A DNA stretch of 64,000 bases from NCBI GenBank assembly GCA_046538485.1, contig JBKHIT010000007.1, positions 32,001 to 96,000 on the forward strand, written 5' to 3'. Made by a program: the position numbers and the translations under genes. Shown in pieces: positions 39,884 to 49,226 of this stretch. This stretch comes from Candidatus Brocadiia bacterium. Its GTDB lineage: Bacteria; Planctomycetota; Brocadiia; SM23-32. Below the pieces are notes generated by a model. That model saw only the letters and a list, made by a program, of their open reading frames with translations. It searched no databases and had not been told where the DNA came from. Every line of letters starts with the position of its first letter. Within the stretch, counting starts at the first letter, position 1.

Positions 39884-41056
39884 ATGAAGACTATTGAGGA
39901 TTTGGCAGATTCTATTGGCGGGAAACGCGTGCTTATGCGCGTGGATTTTAACCTGCCGCTCGATAAGGAAACCGGTGAGATCACAAACGACCTGCGCATC
40001 CGACAGGCCCTGCCCACCGTCCAGTACGCCCTCAAGCGAAATGCTCGGACAATCTGCATGAGTCATCTGGGACGTCCGAAAGGCGAAAAAGACCCGGCGC
40101 TGAGTCTCGAACCCGTTGCCGAGCGGTTTTCGGAGCTGCTGGGCGCTCCGGTGAAATTCGCTCCCGACTGCGTGGGAAACGAAGTTGAGGAGATGGTGAA
40201 CGAGCTTGAAGACGGTGAAGTCTTGCTGCTTGAGAACCTGCGGTTCCATGCCGGAGAAAAAGCCAACGACGAAGATTTCGCGCAGTCACTGGCCTCTCTC
40301 GGGGACTATTTTGTGAACGATGCTTTTGGAACCGCGCACCGAGCGCATGCCTCGACGGTCGGCGTGGCACAGAATCTGCCGGCCGTGGCGGGATTCCTCA
40401 TCGAAAAGGAGGTCGATGTTTTGTCAACCGTTTTGAAGAATCCCGAGAAACCGTTTGTGGCGGTTATGGGCGGTGCCAAGGTCAGCGACAAGATCGAAGC
40501 AATACGAAACCTGCTCAAACTGGCGGACCGGCTGCTCGTGGGTGGTGCGATGGCTTACACGTTTCTCAAAAGTCAGGGTAGAGATATCGGCAATTCGATG
40601 GTCGAGGATGAGAAACTTGATCTGGCCGGGGAGCTTCTGGCGGAAAGCGGCGAGAAAATCAGGCTCCCAATCGACCACGTCTGTGCCGAGGAGATCAACG
40701 AGGATGTGGAACCGCAGACGGTCGGTGTGGTCGATATACCCGACGGTCTGATTGGGCTTGACATCGGTCCCCAGACCGCGGAACTCTACGCTCAAGAGGT
40801 CCGACAGGCCCGGACGGTGACCTGGAACGGGCCCCTCGGCTATTTTGAGATCGATGCCTTTTCTGAAGGGACTCGCTCTCTCGCGCGCGCCGTGGCAGAA
40901 TGCGATGGAATGACAGTTGTTGGCGGTGGAGAGACCGGGGAGAGCGTGGAAGAACTCGGCCTGCAGGATGAAGTCAGCCATGTTTCCACGGGCGGTGGTG
41001 CTTGTCTGGAGTTTCTTTCTGGCAACGAACTGCCGGCTCTGGCCGTTCTGAAATAA
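39884..41056 (+). CDS. pgk: Phosphoglycerate kinase
   Basis: RVDFNLP, SHLGRP, LLENLRF, DAFGTAHRAHAS, GGAKVSDK, STGGGA. Confidence 0.98.
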   Translation: MKTIEDLADSIGGKRVLMRVDFNLPLDKETGEITNDLRIRQALPTVQYALKRNARTICMSHLGRPKGEKDPALSLEPVAERFSELLGAPVKFAPDCVGNEVEEMVNELEDGEVLLLENLRFHAGEKANDEDFAQSLASLGDYFVNDAFGTAHRAHASTVGVAQNLPAVAGFLIEKEVDVLSTVLKNPEKPFVAVMGGAKVSDKIEAIRNLLKLADRLLVGGAMAYTFLKSQGRDIGNSMVEDEKLDLAGELLAESGEKIRLPIDHVCAEEINEDVEPQTVGVVDIPDGLIGLDIGPQTAELYAQEVRQARTVTWNGPLGYFEIDAFSEGTRSLARAVAECDGMTVVGGGETGESVEELGLQDEVSHVSTGGGACLEFLSGNELPALAVLK

Positions 41057-41068
41057 GGAACATTTATT

Positions 41069-41743
41069 GTGACCCCGATACCGGATATAAAGATTGCGCC
41101 GGCCATCATGGATTCGGATCTGGCGCACCTGGCCCGTTCCCTCCAGGAGGTGGAATCGGGCGGGGCCGATCTGATCCACGTCGACATTATGGATGGCCAC
41201 TTTGTGCCGTCGTTTGTCGGCGGACCGCGGGTTCTGGCCGCGATGGATGCCAGCACGCAGCTGCCCCTTGATGTGCACTTGATGGTGAGCAATCCCGATA
41301 CGGCGGTCGACTGGTTTTTGGAAGCGGGAGCGGATATTATTTTGTTCCATCCAGAGACCAGTGAAGATCCAATGGAAGTGATAGATCGAATCCACGAGGC
41401 CGATTCGCGTGCCGGTTTGGCCTTGAAACCAAAAGAGCCTGCGCTTGTTATTGAGCCCTTCGCGGATAAAATCGAATGCGTAATGGCGATGACCGTGGAA
41501 CCGGGATTCAGCGGACAAAAATTTATGGAAGAAGGATGCCGCAAAATTCCGGAATTGCGTGAAATGTGCGGAAACAATGTAGACGTATATGTTGATGGTG
41601 GTATTAATGGGGAAACCGCTCCTGTTGCCGTGAAATACGGTGCCAATGTTCTTGCGGCCGCAAGTGCAATTTTTTCCGCAGAGATTGCTCCGCCCCGGGC
41701 AATAAGTTATCTGAGAAAAGTGGCCGAGGAAGCACGCCAGTAG
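41069..41743 (+). CDS. rpe: Ribulose-phosphate 3-epimerase
   Basis: HVDIMDGHFVP, DVHLM, MTVEPGFSGQ, VDGGI. Confidence 0.96.
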   Translation: MTPIPDIKIAPAIMDSDLAHLARSLQEVESGGADLIHVDIMDGHFVPSFVGGPRVLAAMDASTQLPLDVHLMVSNPDTAVDWFLEAGADIILFHPETSEDPMEVIDRIHEADSRAGLALKPKEPALVIEPFADKIECVMAMTVEPGFSGQKFMEEGCRKIPELREMCGNNVDVYVDGGINGETAPVAVKYGANVLAAASAIFSAEIAPPRAISYLRKVAEEARQ

Positions 41744-41767
41744 ATTTTATTTGAGGCTTGAATCGAC

Positions 41768-42613
41768 ATGCGATTTTTTCGCAAAAAAAAGCCTGTCCCG
41801 GACGGCATTTTTATGAAATGCGAGGGTTGCGGTGAAATGGTGTACCGCAAGAATGTCGAGGAAGGCCTTCAGGTTTGTCCTGAATGTAATTACCATTTCC
41901 CGATTGGGGCCTGGGACAGAGTTCGGATGCATACAGATGAGGGCTCTTTTGTGGAGTTTGGGCGGGAACTCATAACGGCCGATCCGCTGAATTTTGTGGC
42001 GGAAAAAGCTTACGCTGACCAGATCGAATCCGATGTTGAAACAACCGACCTCAACGAGGCGATTGTCTGCGGAGAGTGCAGAATTGAGAATATCCATGTG
42101 GTATTTGCCTCCATGGATTTTGGTTTCCGGGGCGGGAGCATGGGCAGCGTGGTCGGAGAAAAAGTGACACGCGCCGCGGAACGTTCTCTTGAAAAAAAGA
42201 TACCCCTGGTAACGGTCTCCAGTTCCGGGGGAGCCAGAATGCAGGAAGGTGCGCTGAGTCTGATGCAGATGGCAAAAACCTGTGCGGCGCTGCAAAGGTT
42301 GGGAGATGCGCGGATCCCCTACATCAGCGTGATGGCGCACCCGACAACAGGCGGGGTGACGGCAAGCTGGGCATCGATGGGCGATGTGATCATTGCAGAA
42401 CCGGGGGCTCTGATCGGTTTTGCCGGGCGGCGTGTCATCGAGCAAACTGTGAAAGAGGAATTGCCAGAAGATTTTCAGACGGCTGAATTCCTGATGGAAC
42501 ATGGTTTTCTGGATAAAATCGTCCAGCGGAACGATATCAAAAAAACGGTGGCAGGAATCCTTGACTATCTGGATTCTGACGGATCCTCGAGAGCCGGGGA
42601 AGCTTCGGGATAG
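41768..42613 (+). CDS. accD: Acetyl-CoA carboxylase carboxyltransferase beta subunit
   Basis: N-terminal C4 zinc site, GGSMGSVVGEK, SGGARMQEG, PTTGGV, GFAGRRVIEQT. Confidence 0.97.
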   Translation: MRFFRKKKPVPDGIFMKCEGCGEMVYRKNVEEGLQVCPECNYHFPIGAWDRVRMHTDEGSFVEFGRELITADPLNFVAEKAYADQIESDVETTDLNEAIVCGECRIENIHVVFASMDFGFRGGSMGSVVGEKVTRAAERSLEKKIPLVTVSSSGGARMQEGALSLMQMAKTCAALQRLGDARIPYISVMAHPTTGGVTASWASMGDVIIAEPGALIGFAGRRVIEQTVKEELPEDFQTAEFLMEHGFLDKIVQRNDIKKTVAGILDYLDSDGSSRAGEASG

Positions 42614-43368
42614 CGTGAGGGATGGCGCAGCTGGTACGAGACGTGAACCTGGTCGAGTTTATAATCCACTGTAAGAGCATACATAATTGCGTTGATGGCC
42701 AGGCGCATTGCTTTCTCCCGATCGGAAGATTTTCCCGAATCGAGTTTATATGTCCATTGACCCTCGCCTTTGCCTTCAAGAGCTCCGGAAAGATCGTTCG
42801 GTGAATAAATCAAACACGCCCGGCCGTCCACTGTGATCGCTTCAAGGTTGGGATCAACTTCAAACCGACCGACGGCTTCTTTGAGGTAGTAGAAGGAATG
42901 GTAGACCGCGTGTTCTTCCGGCAACGGTTTCAGTGTCCGAGCAGGGAAAATACGTTTTAATTCTCGCGTAAGGGAAGCTTTAAAAGGGGAATTTTCTTTT
43001 CCCGAGCCATCATCTGCGAAAATCGTCCCACCAAAACGCAAAAAACGCCGCAAATGTTTCACGCTTTTTTCGGAAAAGGAGTCAAAAGCTCGGTTCCCAT
43101 TCATCCACAGAAATGGATGATCGAAAAGCTCGTCTCTCATTGGGGCAACAGGCACGGGTTCGAAAGCAACTTTGATGCTGGTTCGGAGGTCTATTTCAGA
43201 GAGAATTCTTTGGGGCGTAAAGGGGCGACTATTCCAGCCGCCGTTGTGGCGCAGGAGAGCGAATTTGAACAGACTCGCATCTCCCATGGCAGCGACACGC
43301 CGCAAGATGGGGACGGTTCCACCAGCGCTCATGATGACGGCTTTTAGAAATTGGCGGCGTGTGGTCAT
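42565..43368 (-). CDS. DUF4159-like protein with a Tat-like signal
   Basis: TRRQFLK, HPFLWMNG, LRRFLRFGGTIFADD, YSPNDL, AINAIMYALT.DYK.DQVH. Confidence 0.8.
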   Translation of the reverse strand: MTTRRQFLKAVIMSAGGTVPILRRVAAMGDASLFKFALLRHNGGWNSRPFTPQRILSEIDLRTSIKVAFEPVPVAPMRDELFDHPFLWMNGNRAFDSFSEKSVKHLRRFLRFGGTIFADDGSGKENSPFKASLTRELKRIFPARTLKPLPEEHAVYHSFYYLKEAVGRFEVDPNLEAITVDGRACLIYSPNDLSGALEGKGEGQWTYKLDSGKSSDREKAMRLAINAIMYALTVDYKLDQVHVSYQLRHPSRYPEASPALEDPSESR

Positions 43369-43450
43369 ATATGTCTCCTTTTCTATCTGCCTATGGTATG
43401 TCCTGAACGGATTTACCGCAAGGTGGCTGCGGCTGTCTTTTTCCGCAAAC

Positions 43451-43479
43451 TTGCGTGTTTAGACGAGGGGACGTACAAT
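43451..43479 (+). promoter_or_regulatory. Candidate sigma-70 promoter for queD-mcsAB-clpC
   Basis: TTGCGT-17-TACAAT. Confidence 0.45.
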
Positions 43480-43573
43480 ACAGGTAGTATTGGCTTATGG
43501 GCCTTCTTGAATAGGAGGATTTCCGGCGGGAAGTTGTGGTGTAATTTTCCCTGGATTGAGAAAGACGGAAGTC

Positions 43574-43948
43574 ATGTTTGAGCTTCAACTTGAAGGACAT
43601 TTTTCAGCAGCACACCGGCTCAGAGAATATGAAGGAGCCTGTGAGAAACTTCATGGTCACAACTACCGCGTGCAGGTTTTCCTGCGAGGCGCCGAGTTGA
43701 ACGATTTGGGCATGTTGATCGATTTTGGGGACGCCAGGGAGGCGCTGGACGCCGTTCTTGGGCGACTGGATCACGAGTATCTCAACGAGATAGAACCGTT
43801 TGATGAGTTGAATCCCAGCACCGAACATATCGCCCGGCACGTGGCAGAAAGTCTTGACGATCGGTTTCCTGCGGGAGTGAGTGTCGTGCGCGTGACATGT
43901 TGGGAATCGGAAAAGTCCGCAGCCAGTTACTTAAAAGAAGGGAATTGA
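43574..43948 (+). CDS. queD: 6-carboxytetrahydropterin synthase
   Basis: FSAAHRL, CEKLHGHNY, LDHEYLN, WES. Confidence 0.93.
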   Translation: MFELQLEGHFSAAHRLREYEGACEKLHGHNYRVQVFLRGAELNDLGMLIDFGDAREALDAVLGRLDHEYLNEIEPFDELNPSTEHIARHVAESLDDRFPAGVSVVRVTCWESEKSAASYLKEGN

Positions 43949-43981
43949 CGATAATAGCATCACGAAACTGAGAGTGAAATA

Positions 43982-44497
43982 ATGGCTTCGGACAAAAAAA
44001 AATGTGATATTTGTGGAAGACGCGAGGCGACGATTCACCTCACCGATTTTGTCGATGGACAACCTGTGGAAAGGGATTTGTGCGAAGAATGTTATGCGGA
44101 GCAAGATGGAGTCCCGCCAGTTTCATCGTCGCAGATTTTCCAGCAGCTTGTGGGGGCCCTGGCCCCTGAACTGGAGGAAGCTACGAACAAAAAATGTCCT
44201 GAGTGCGGTATCTCATATCTTGAGTTTCGTCAGACCTTGAGGTTTGGTTGTCCCAATGATTACGAATTTTTTAGCGAGCAGCTGGATGATTTGCTTAAGC
44301 AGTTGCATGGTGCGACCCGACATGTCGGTCGACTCCCCAGCGGTGCGGCGCAACGGGGAAGTTCGCAAGCTCGCATCCAGGTGCTTAAGCGGGAGCTGGA
44401 TGAAGCTGTCGAGCGGGAAGATTTTGAGAAAGCAGCTCGTTTTAGAGATCGGATTCAAGAATTGGAGCAAGACAGTGATCGAAACGTTGAGAAATAA
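43982..44497 (+). CDS. mcsA: McsA (CxxC motifs + UVR domain)
   Basis: CDIC...LCEEC, CPEC, EREDFEKAARFRDRI. Confidence 0.92.
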   Translation: MASDKKKCDICGRREATIHLTDFVDGQPVERDLCEECYAEQDGVPPVSSSQIFQQLVGALAPELEEATNKKCPECGISYLEFRQTLRFGCPNDYEFFSEQLDDLLKQLHGATRHVGRLPSGAAQRGSSQARIQVLKRELDEAVEREDFEKAARFRDRIQELEQDSDRNVEK

Positions 44498-45521
44498 AAT
44501 GGGAGAGTGGCTGAGCGGTGGCCCGGAGGAAGACGTGGTCATAAGCAGCCGGATCCGATTGGCCCGAAATGTTTCGGAGTATCCCTTTATTTCCCGAGCG
44601 AGTGGCCGTGAGGTCGCTCGAATCGAAGAGGTACTTCATAACAAGATTATGAAAGCGGACTTCGGTGAATCCGTTCAGTACTATCGGTTAGATCGGCTTG
44701 ATCCCGTCTATCGGGAACTGCTTGTGGAACGGCATCTGATAGGTCTCAACCATGCCGAAGCGGATTGGGTCCGAGGGGTGGCGTTTAACGAGGACGAGCG
44801 GATGAGCCTGCTGGTGAATGAAGAAGATCATCTTCGCATGCAAGCCATACGCGGCGGGCTTCGTCTGAGAGAGGCATGTAAGAGAGTTTTTGATGTCGAA
44901 GCCATCCTGGCAGAAATGGTCCCTTTTGCATTTTCAGCCCGATACGGCTATCTGACTGCTTGCCCGACAAATGTGGGTACGGGGATGCGAGCAAGCGTAA
45001 TGCTGCATTTGCCCGCTCTGGTGATGTCCCGCGAAATGGACAAAGTTTTGCAGCTTTCACAAGAAGACGGCCTCATTGTGCGAGGATTATATGGAGAGGG
45101 AACTCAAGCTTCGGCGGACCTTTATCAGATTTCGAATCAGTTGTCTTTGGGCGTGACGGAAGAGGAAGTGTTGCAGGCGGTCTCGGTCGCAACGGAGCAG
45201 GTGGTTGAGCTGGAGCGGGAATCGCGAGAGGACCTGGCTAAACGGTACCAGAAGCGGCTTTCGGAACGGATTGATCGGGCATATAGGTTGTTGAAATCGG
45301 CGTCGATGATATCTTCTGAAGAAGCCTTGAATTTGCTTTCGCAGGTGCGCATGGGAATCGAACTTGGATTGGTTAAACAGATCGATGACGAAACGGTTCG
45401 GGAGCTGGTTCTCTTGACTTTGCCTGCGCATCTTCAGACAATGGTACAAGGTAAGGAAACTGATAGGTTGGAGCGTAACGAACTGAGAGCATCATATCTC
45501 AGAGAACGCCTTATTAATTGA
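44475..45521 (+). CDS. mcsB: Protein arginine kinase
   Basis: ISSRIRLARN, NEEDHLR, LTACPTNVGTG, YQISNQ. GTG 44475 after GGAG. Confidence 0.95.
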   Translation: MIETLRNKMGEWLSGGPEEDVVISSRIRLARNVSEYPFISRASGREVARIEEVLHNKIMKADFGESVQYYRLDRLDPVYRELLVERHLIGLNHAEADWVRGVAFNEDERMSLLVNEEDHLRMQAIRGGLRLREACKRVFDVEAILAEMVPFAFSARYGYLTACPTNVGTGMRASVMLHLPALVMSREMDKVLQLSQEDGLIVRGLYGEGTQASADLYQISNQLSLGVTEEEVLQAVSVATEQVVELERESREDLAKRYQKRLSERIDRAYRLLKSASMISSEEALNLLSQVRMGIELGLVKQIDDETVRELVLLTLPAHLQTMVQGKETDRLERNELRASYLRERLIN

Positions 45522-45555
45522 ATATAAGCGGTCATTCGGAGACTGAGAAAAAAAG

Positions 45556-48045
45556 ATGTACGATAGATTCACGGAAAAAGCCAAGAAAGTTATAAGTTAC
45601 GCAAAACAAGAGGCCCAGCGGTTGGGGCATGAATATATCGGTACCGAACATTTGCTTCTCGGCGTGCTCCGGGAAGGTACCGGCATGGCCTATACTATTC
45701 TCCAAAGGCTGGATGTCGATCCTAAACGAGTCCGACTTGAAATCGAAAAGCGTGTCCGACACAGCGCCGAAGGCGTTGATTCGGGACAACAATTTCCGTT
45801 TGCTCCAAGAGCTCGCAAGTCGATTGAATACGCGGTAGAAGAGGGGAAAAGACTCGGCCAGAATTACGTTGGTACGGAACATATTCTGCTGGGTTTATTG
45901 AGAGAGGCAGAAGGAATTGCCTCAAAAGTCATCCGGAATTTTGGGGTTGAATTTGAAGATGTGGAGGAGCAGCTATTTGAGCTTCTGGGCCCCGAACTCG
46001 ATGCCGATGAAGAAGATGAATTTGATGAACGAGAAGAAGATTCAAAGAGCAAAACCCCTGCTCTCGATTCGTTCGGGCGGGATATGACGGAACAGGCCCG
46101 TGAAAACGAACTCGATCCGGTGATCGGACGTGACCAGGAAATTGAGAGAGTGATTCAAGTCCTGTGCCGTCGCAAAAAGAATAACCCGGTCTTGCTGGGC
46201 GAAGCCGGGGTGGGGAAGACCGCTATTGTTGAAGGACTTGCCCAGAGGATCGTCTCGAATAACGTTCCCAGCATCCTCCGTGCTCGGCGAATCGTGACGC
46301 TCGATCTCGCTTTGATGGTGGCCGGCACGAAATACCGCGGCCAGTTTGAAGAGCGTATCAAGGCGGTTATGCAGGAGGTCAAGAAGGCCCATAATGTCAT
46401 CATTTTTATCGATGAATTGCACACTCTGGTGGGAGCGGGTGGTGCCGAGGGAGCTATCGATGCTTCTAACGTGCTGAAACCACCGCTTTCGCGCGGCGAA
46501 ATTCAGTGTATCGGCGCCAGCACGCCTGACGAATATCGCAAACATGTGGAAAAAGACAGTGCCCTGGAACGTCGTTTCCAGCCGATCATGGTGAGTCCGC
46601 CCAACAAACAGGAAACGGTCGATATCCTGCGTGGTTTGCGTGAATGTTATGAGTCTCACCATATGGTCGAGATCACCGATGCAGCGATCCGAAATGCGGC
46701 GGATCTTTCAGGACGTTACGTTACCGGACGGTATTTGCCGGATAAGGCCATTGATGTGATCGACGAAGCAGGTGCGCTTGTTCGTCTCCGCTCGATGAGT
46801 GTCCCTCCAGAGGTTTCAGAAATCGATTCTCGACTGGACGAACTCGGCGTGGAGTTGGATCAGGCCGTCCAAGAACAGGATTTCGAACAAGCTGTTTTTT
46901 TGCGTAACGAACGGGATAAACTGCGGGAACAGAAATCAGAGTGCGAGGAACAACAACTTCTGGATGGTGTCCAGGGCGTTGTGGATGAGGATGTTGTCGC
47001 TGAAGTGGTTTCCCGAATGACCGGGGTGCCATTGACGCGGCTCACCGAGGGCGAGGCGGAACGGCTCCTTAGAATGGAAGAAAAACTTCACGAGATGGTC
47101 GTCAGTCAGCATGAAGCCGTAGAGGCTGTAAGCCGGGCGATCCGCCGGTCGCGAGCCGGTATGAAAGATCCAAGCCGACCGGTCGCAAGTGTTATCTTTG
47201 CCGGCCCAACCGGCGTGGGGAAGACCCACCTCGCACGATCGCTGGCCAAATTCCTCTTCGGCGAAGAGGAAGCGCTGATCCAGGTGGATATGTCGGAGTT
47301 TATGGAAAAACACAACGTTTCCAAGCTTGTGGGGGCCCCTCCCGGTTATGTCGGCTATGAGGAGGGGGGACAACTGACCGAACAAATTCGCCGCCGGCCT
47401 TACTCAGTGGTTCTCCTTGATGAGATCGAGAAAGCCCATGGTGAAGTCTTCAACATGCTTCTACAGATCATGGAAGATGGCCACCTGACGGATAGTTTTG
47501 GTCGGCGTGTGGACTTCCGAAACGTCGTATTGATTATGACATCGAACGTGGGTTCGGAAATTATCCGGAACAGTGCAGGACTCGGATTCCGAAAACAGGA
47601 TGAGGAAGCCACTTACCAGAAGATCAAAAAACAGGTGATGGAAGAGATCGAAAACCATTTCCGTCCCGAATTTCTGAACCGGCTGGATGATACCATAGTC
47701 TTCCGAACTCTCACGCGGGAAGATCTGCAGCAAATCGTACAGCTGGAACTGGACAAAATTATGGAGCGGCTCAGCAGTCACAAAATTGAGCTCGTCGTTA
47801 CTCAGGGTGCACTTGATGTAATCATTGAGCGAGGTTATAACCCCGATTTTGGTGCACGCCCCTTGAGAAGAGCGCTGGAGTATCTGCTTGAGGATCCGCT
47901 CAGCGAGAAGATACTCAAGGGAGATCTGAATACCGGAAAAGTTGTTGCGTATCCTGATGGCGACAAGCTACGCTTCGAATCTGAGAAGGCCGGCGAGACG
48001 GAAAGCGATACCAAAGAAGAGACCGCCACAGCGGCGAAGACGTGA
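45556..48045 (+). CDS. clpC: ATP-dependent Clp protease ATP-binding subunit ClpC
   Basis: Two Clp N repeats, [11 protein letters not shown]-type M domain, [11 protein letters not shown] ClpP-binding loop. Confidence 0.96.
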   Translation: MYDRFTEKAKKVISYAKQEAQRLGHEYIGTEHLLLGVLREGTGMAYTILQRLDVDPKRVRLEIEKRVRHSAEGVDSGQQFPFAPRARKSIEYAVEEGKRLGQNYVGTEHILLGLLREAEGIASKVIRNFGVEFEDVEEQLFELLGPELDADEEDEFDEREEDSKSKTPALDSFGRDMTEQARENELDPVIGRDQEIERVIQVLCRRKKNNPVLLGEAGVGKTAIVEGLAQRIVSNNVPSILRARRIVTLDLALMVAGTKYRGQFEERIKAVMQEVKKAHNVIIFIDELHTLVGAGGAEGAIDASNVLKPPLSRGEIQCIGASTPDEYRKHVEKDSALERRFQPIMVSPPNKQETVDILRGLRECYESHHMVEITDAAIRNAADLSGRYVTGRYLPDKAIDVIDEAGALVRLRSMSVPPEVSEIDSRLDELGVELDQAVQEQDFEQAVFLRNERDKLREQKSECEEQQLLDGVQGVVDEDVVAEVVSRMTGVPLTRLTEGEAERLLRMEEKLHEMVVSQHEAVEAVSRAIRRSRAGMKDPSRPVASVIFAGPTGVGKTHLARSLAKFLFGEEEALIQVDMSEFMEKHNVSKLVGAPPGYVGYEEGGQLTEQIRRRPYSVVLLDEIEKAHGEVFNMLLQIMEDGHLTDSFGRRVDFRNVVLIMTSNVGSEIIRNSAGLGFRKQDEEATYQKIKKQVMEEIENHFRPEFLNRLDDTIVFRTLTREDLQQIVQLELDKIMERLSSHKIELVVTQGALDVIIERGYNPDFGARPLRRALEYLLEDPLSEKILKGDLNTGKVVAYPDGDKLRFESEKAGETESDTKEETATAAKT

Positions 48046-48073
48046 GCGTGGCGGCGCTCAACAGTTCGAAGAT

Positions 48074-48517
48074 TTATTCCCAAATACGAGATTCAATCCC
48101 CCGAAACTCCAAAGTCAGGAGCCTCGACCTGGGGTTTGTGGTCCAGTAGTGCAAATGGCTTGAGCAACGGCAGTCGGAACAGCCAAATCCCCTTATATTC
48201 GCTTCCGCTTCTTTTTGAACCTTGCGATTGAGTTCGCATTCTCCCCCGCCGAGTAGCCAGATAACTGCGGAGTCAATTTTACATCGAGGTTTCAGGTAGT
48301 CAATATGCCAATGCTTTTTGCTCTGTGTATTGGAATGACGTTTAAGGCGTTTGCCGATTCCTGAAAGAGCGCTGCCGACATACCCGTAATAGCCCGGCTG
48401 AAAAGTCAGTTTTCCTCGCGCGCCGATGCAAATTGATTGCTTTTGCGGACCAAGTTTAAGGACCAGGACATAGAGCCCCGGTTGATTCTCGATATCAGCG
48501 TTTTTGGCCGGCATCAT
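48074..48517 (-). CDS. DUF123/Uri-superfamily GIY-YIG nuclease
   Basis: GLYVL, YGYVGSA, RLKRH, HWHIDY, GFGCSDCRCSSHL. Confidence 0.88.
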   Translation of the reverse strand: MMPAKNADIENQPGLYVLVLKLGPQKQSICIGARGKLTFQPGYYGYVGSALSGIGKRLKRHSNTQSKKHWHIDYLKPRCKIDSAVIWLLGGGECELNRKVQKEAEANIRGFGCSDCRCSSHLHYWTTNPRSRLLTLEFRGIESRIWE

Positions 48518-49076
48518 TCCAGAGCCCTCGTTGCTCACGATGAGCTTGTTGTTCCAGTTTAATGAATGTTTTACGGTAAGGATGGTTCCATTTTCGCGTG
48601 GCGGTCCCAAGACCTTCGCGGATAAGTTTACGATTAACGAAAATTTCGTGTTTGCCACGTGTTACGAAGATATAGGCGAGCGTCCGTCCGTAGTCGTCCC
48701 GACGCTGAGGTCCGAATTCGAGTCGAACAGTCCTTCCTGAGGTCCAATCTTGCAGTTTTTTGGTAGCTTCTTTAGCCCAATATTTTACGTGTTTCTGCTG
48801 CATAGCAAGCCAGGCTGCCTGACGGTTAAGTTTGTTTTTGTTATGGCTGTCGAGAGTATCAACTCCGATGAGACGTACTTTTTTCGTTCCATCGAGCTGA
48901 AGGGTGTCGCCATCATACACGAACGTGACTTTTCCAGTAGGACCATTTTTTACGGCCTGCCGCTTTTGTCCCGACTGAAAAATCCAGAGGAGGCCCATCC
49001 CGCCGAAAATACAGAAGAATACAAGTAGAGTTCGTGCATTGATTGAACGATCTTTTTTCCCGTTTGATGAATTCAT
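48495..49076 (-). CDS. Thermonuclease (SNase) family protein, membrane-anchored
   Basis: DGDT, VRLIGVDT, DDYGRTLAY, RGLW. Confidence 0.92.
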   Translation of the reverse strand: MNSSNGKKDRSINARTLLVFFCIFGGMGLLWIFQSGQKRQAVKNGPTGKVTFVYDGDTLQLDGTKKVRLIGVDTLDSHNKNKLNRQAAWLAMQQKHVKYWAKEATKKLQDWTSGRTVRLEFGPQRRDDYGRTLAYIFVTRGKHEIFVNRKLIREGLGTATRKWNHPYRKTFIKLEQQAHREQRGLWNDAGQKR

Positions 49077-49226
49077 GGTGAGGGCAAATCTCCAGCAGGA
49101 GCAAAGCGTGTCTGTCCGGTCGAACGATAGCTCAGTCCATTATATCTGTCAAGCTGAGATGTTGCTCTTCAGTTCCGGATGGGTTAACATAAGGAAGGTT
49201 GAGTGTTTCACAGCGAGGATCTTGTC

